Shown: one piece after another, positions 62,685 to 64,000 of the stretch | Layout of the letters: each line of letters opens with the position of its first letter | How positions within the stretch are numbered: position 1 is the first letter of the stretch | IMG/VR virus record: IMGVR_UViG_3300021426_000089 | Span: 4,126 to 68,125 of that record | Strand: one strand, 5' to 3' | Length of the DNA: 64,000 bases | DNA from: a virus | Lineage: Duplodnaviria > Caudoviricetes | Made by a program: the position numbers and the translations under genes | Notes under the pieces: model-generated | What the model saw: only the letters and a program-made list of their open reading frames with translations | The model's database searches: none | What the model was told of the DNA's origin: nothing

Positions 62685-62756
62685 TAGCGGGAGAAGGAAT
62701 CGAACCTCCGGCCTCCGGGTTATGGGCCCGACGAGCTACCGCTGCTCTACCCCGCA
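62685..62756 (-). tRNA. Initiator tRNA-fMet(CAT), no encoded CCA
   Basis: Unpaired 1:72, three G-C pairs in the anticodon stem (GGG/CCC), loop CCCATAA; upstream promoter TTTG-N20-TACCTTTG. Confidence 0.88.
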
Positions 62757-62813
62757 ATGTTGGGACAAAGGTATAACTTAATTTTTAATAATTCAAATTT
62801 ATTTCTAATCGCT

Positions 62814-63065
62814 ATGTTTGCAGTTAAGAGAGAGAGGACGGGTCGAATCCTCAAAGCAACCTTCGACCACGAGACTACTGTTCTTTCCACCCACAAGAAG
62901 CAGGAGGAGGCCGAAGCCGAAATCCGCAGCCGATTCAAGGCCCAGCACGAGAACTACGGCGAACGTGCCAGCTTCACCGGGAACGAGACCGACTTCAACG
63001 TCACCATCAAGGAGCCGGACTACGACGTTACCGAACACTTCTTCATCGACCAAGTGGAGGAGTAG
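62814..63065 (+). CDS. Hypothetical protein
   Basis: MFAVKRER start, approximate. Confidence 0.5.
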   Translation: MFAVKRERTGRILKATFDHETTVLSTHKKQEEAEAEIRSRFKAQHENYGERASFTGNETDFNVTIKEPDYDVTEHFFIDQVEE

Positions 63066-63068
63066 GGT

Positions 63069-63392
63069 ATGGGAGAGTATCTGAACTTCAAGGAGAAGGT
63101 GGAGGCCATAACCTCTGCCTCTCCTATGGACTTGGGGATGATACAGCTCCGGGTCGAGAACGCCACCATCGAGGAGGACACAACCAAGAACCGCCTCTCC
63201 ATCAGGCGAGACATCAGGGCGGAGCTGGCACAGGCCATCCAAGAAAACGGCCTCACTCAAATCCAAGTGGCACGTGCCCTCGGCATCCAGAACCAGAATT
63301 TGAGCAACTACTTGCGCGGGCGGATCCCGCTGCCTTTGAAAACTGTCGAAGAAATACTATTTTTGCTCGACGGAATTATGACTCGCGTATGA
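63069..63392 (+). CDS. XRE/Cro-C1 HTH regulator
   Basis: GLTQIQVARALGIQNQNLSNYLRG. Confidence 0.8.
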   Translation: MGEYLNFKEKVEAITSASPMDLGMIQLRVENATIEEDTTKNRLSIRRDIRAELAQAIQENGLTQIQVARALGIQNQNLSNYLRGRIPLPLKTVEEILFLLDGIMTRV

Positions 63393-63811
63393 AAATCCCA
63401 AGATTCGTTATCCTCAACAATCCCGACGAGAATTTCACCAACGTCGTGATGGAGACCAGACCGCCGTTCTTCCTCGGCAAAGTGTACAGCATCCCGAAGA
63501 AGGAAGTAGATGCCGTGGAGCAAATGATGGCCGACCTCGCCAACGAGCGGACTACCGCCATCAAACTGCAGGGGTACACCATCTTCCTCGTAGCATCTGG
63601 AACGCTGGCTGGTGGAGCACTGGATCCTGAACAGGCAAAGCCCCTTCTCCGGGAAATGGGAGACTTCTACAAGTCGGCAGTACTGGAGCGGAAGCGGGGC
63701 AAGAACAGGTTATATCAGGAAGGGGTCCCCGACGACCTCGACCGCATCAACGGCCAGAGAATCCGAGAGGCAAAGGCCGAGGGCCGCAAAATCTTCCTCG
63801 ATCAGAAGTAA
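63389..63811 (+). CDS. Hypothetical protein
   Basis: ATGA-coupled to the XRE gene. Confidence 0.65.
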   Translation: MKIPRFVILNNPDENFTNVVMETRPPFFLGKVYSIPKKEVDAVEQMMADLANERTTAIKLQGYTIFLVASGTLAGGALDPEQAKPLLREMGDFYKSAVLERKRGKNRLYQEGVPDDLDRINGQRIREAKAEGRKIFLDQK

Positions 63812-63815
63812 ACGA

Positions 63816-63853
63816 AGAAGGGCAAGGACTTTGAAATCCTTGCCCCTTTTCTT
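63816..63853. terminator. Bidirectional terminator
   Basis: GGGCAAGGA-loop-TCCTTGCCC followed by CTTTTCTT. Confidence 0.75.
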
Positions 63854-63891
63854 GCCCCGATGTGCCGTAGAAAGCACTGGAAGCGGGATTT

Positions 63892-63968
63892 TGGTGACTC
63901 CAACAGGACTCAAACCTGTAACCTTTTGATCCGTAGTCAAATGCTCTATTCAATTGAGCTATGGAGCC
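63892..63968 (-). tRNA. tRNA-Arg(ACG) with encoded CCA (possible host gene / att site)
   Basis: Canonical cloverleaf GGCTCCA...TGGAGTC-A-CCA, loop CTACGGA. Confidence 0.92.
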
Positions 63969-64000
63969 ATTTCGGAGGGCCTTTAGGCCGCTTCCTTATT

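Larger units (their letters stand above)
1..63891. mobile_element. Temperate siphovirus-like Bacteroidales phage/prophage (left end outside window)
   Basis: Terminase, portal, capsid, tail tube, tape measure, lysin/holin, recombinase and replication genes in phage-like modules; Bacteroidetes-type promoters. Confidence 0.95.

Noticed and set aside
1-64000. Stop-codon reassignment (alternative genetic code)
   Set aside because: Large genes (TMP, terL, portal, capsid) are full length in the standard code, TAA/TAG/TGA all serve as stops, and no suppressor tRNA was seen

Overview
The window is almost entirely one temperate, siphovirus-type phage or prophage of a Bacteroidales host. The host assignment rests on the Bacteroidetes TTTG-N19-TAnnTTTG promoters and a Bacteroidales-type tRNA-Arg at the right edge, which may be the integration site. 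The left end lies outside the window. Layout: (1) 1-21.5 kb (+): RlmN/Cfr-like radical SAM gene, an interrupted tRNA-like RNA, recombination/replication genes (Sak-like, exonuclease, SSB, primase-helicase), two DNA methyltransferases, RuvC-like, MazG-like, SPFH and many small genes. (2) 21.6-46.7 kb (-): lysis, tail, DGR cassette, tape measure, head-tail and capsid genes. (3) 46.8-50.8 kb (+): terminase, portal, minor head protein. (4) 50.7-55.0 kb (-): D5-like helicase and an iteron-like repeat array. (5) 55.1-63.8 kb (+): a compositionally distinct early region with repeated promoters and RNA hairpins, a tyrosine recombinase, tRNA-fMet and an XRE regulator. The standout system is a diversity-generating retroelement (DGR). 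Its 108-bp TR and VR differ at 10 positions, all TR adenines. No avd gene is recognisable. The RT is split across three overlapping frames by two +1 shifts that carry the same 25-nt purine-rich motif, it has a non-canonical NCDD active site, and it is fused to an extra C-terminal domain. Other notable items: three C-G(9-10)-TA tracts acting as ON/OFF switches (two in methyltransferases), a phage-specific late promoter class, and two repeated RNA hairpin families in the early region. No database searches were run; family assignments come from motif recognition and all counts were done by hand.
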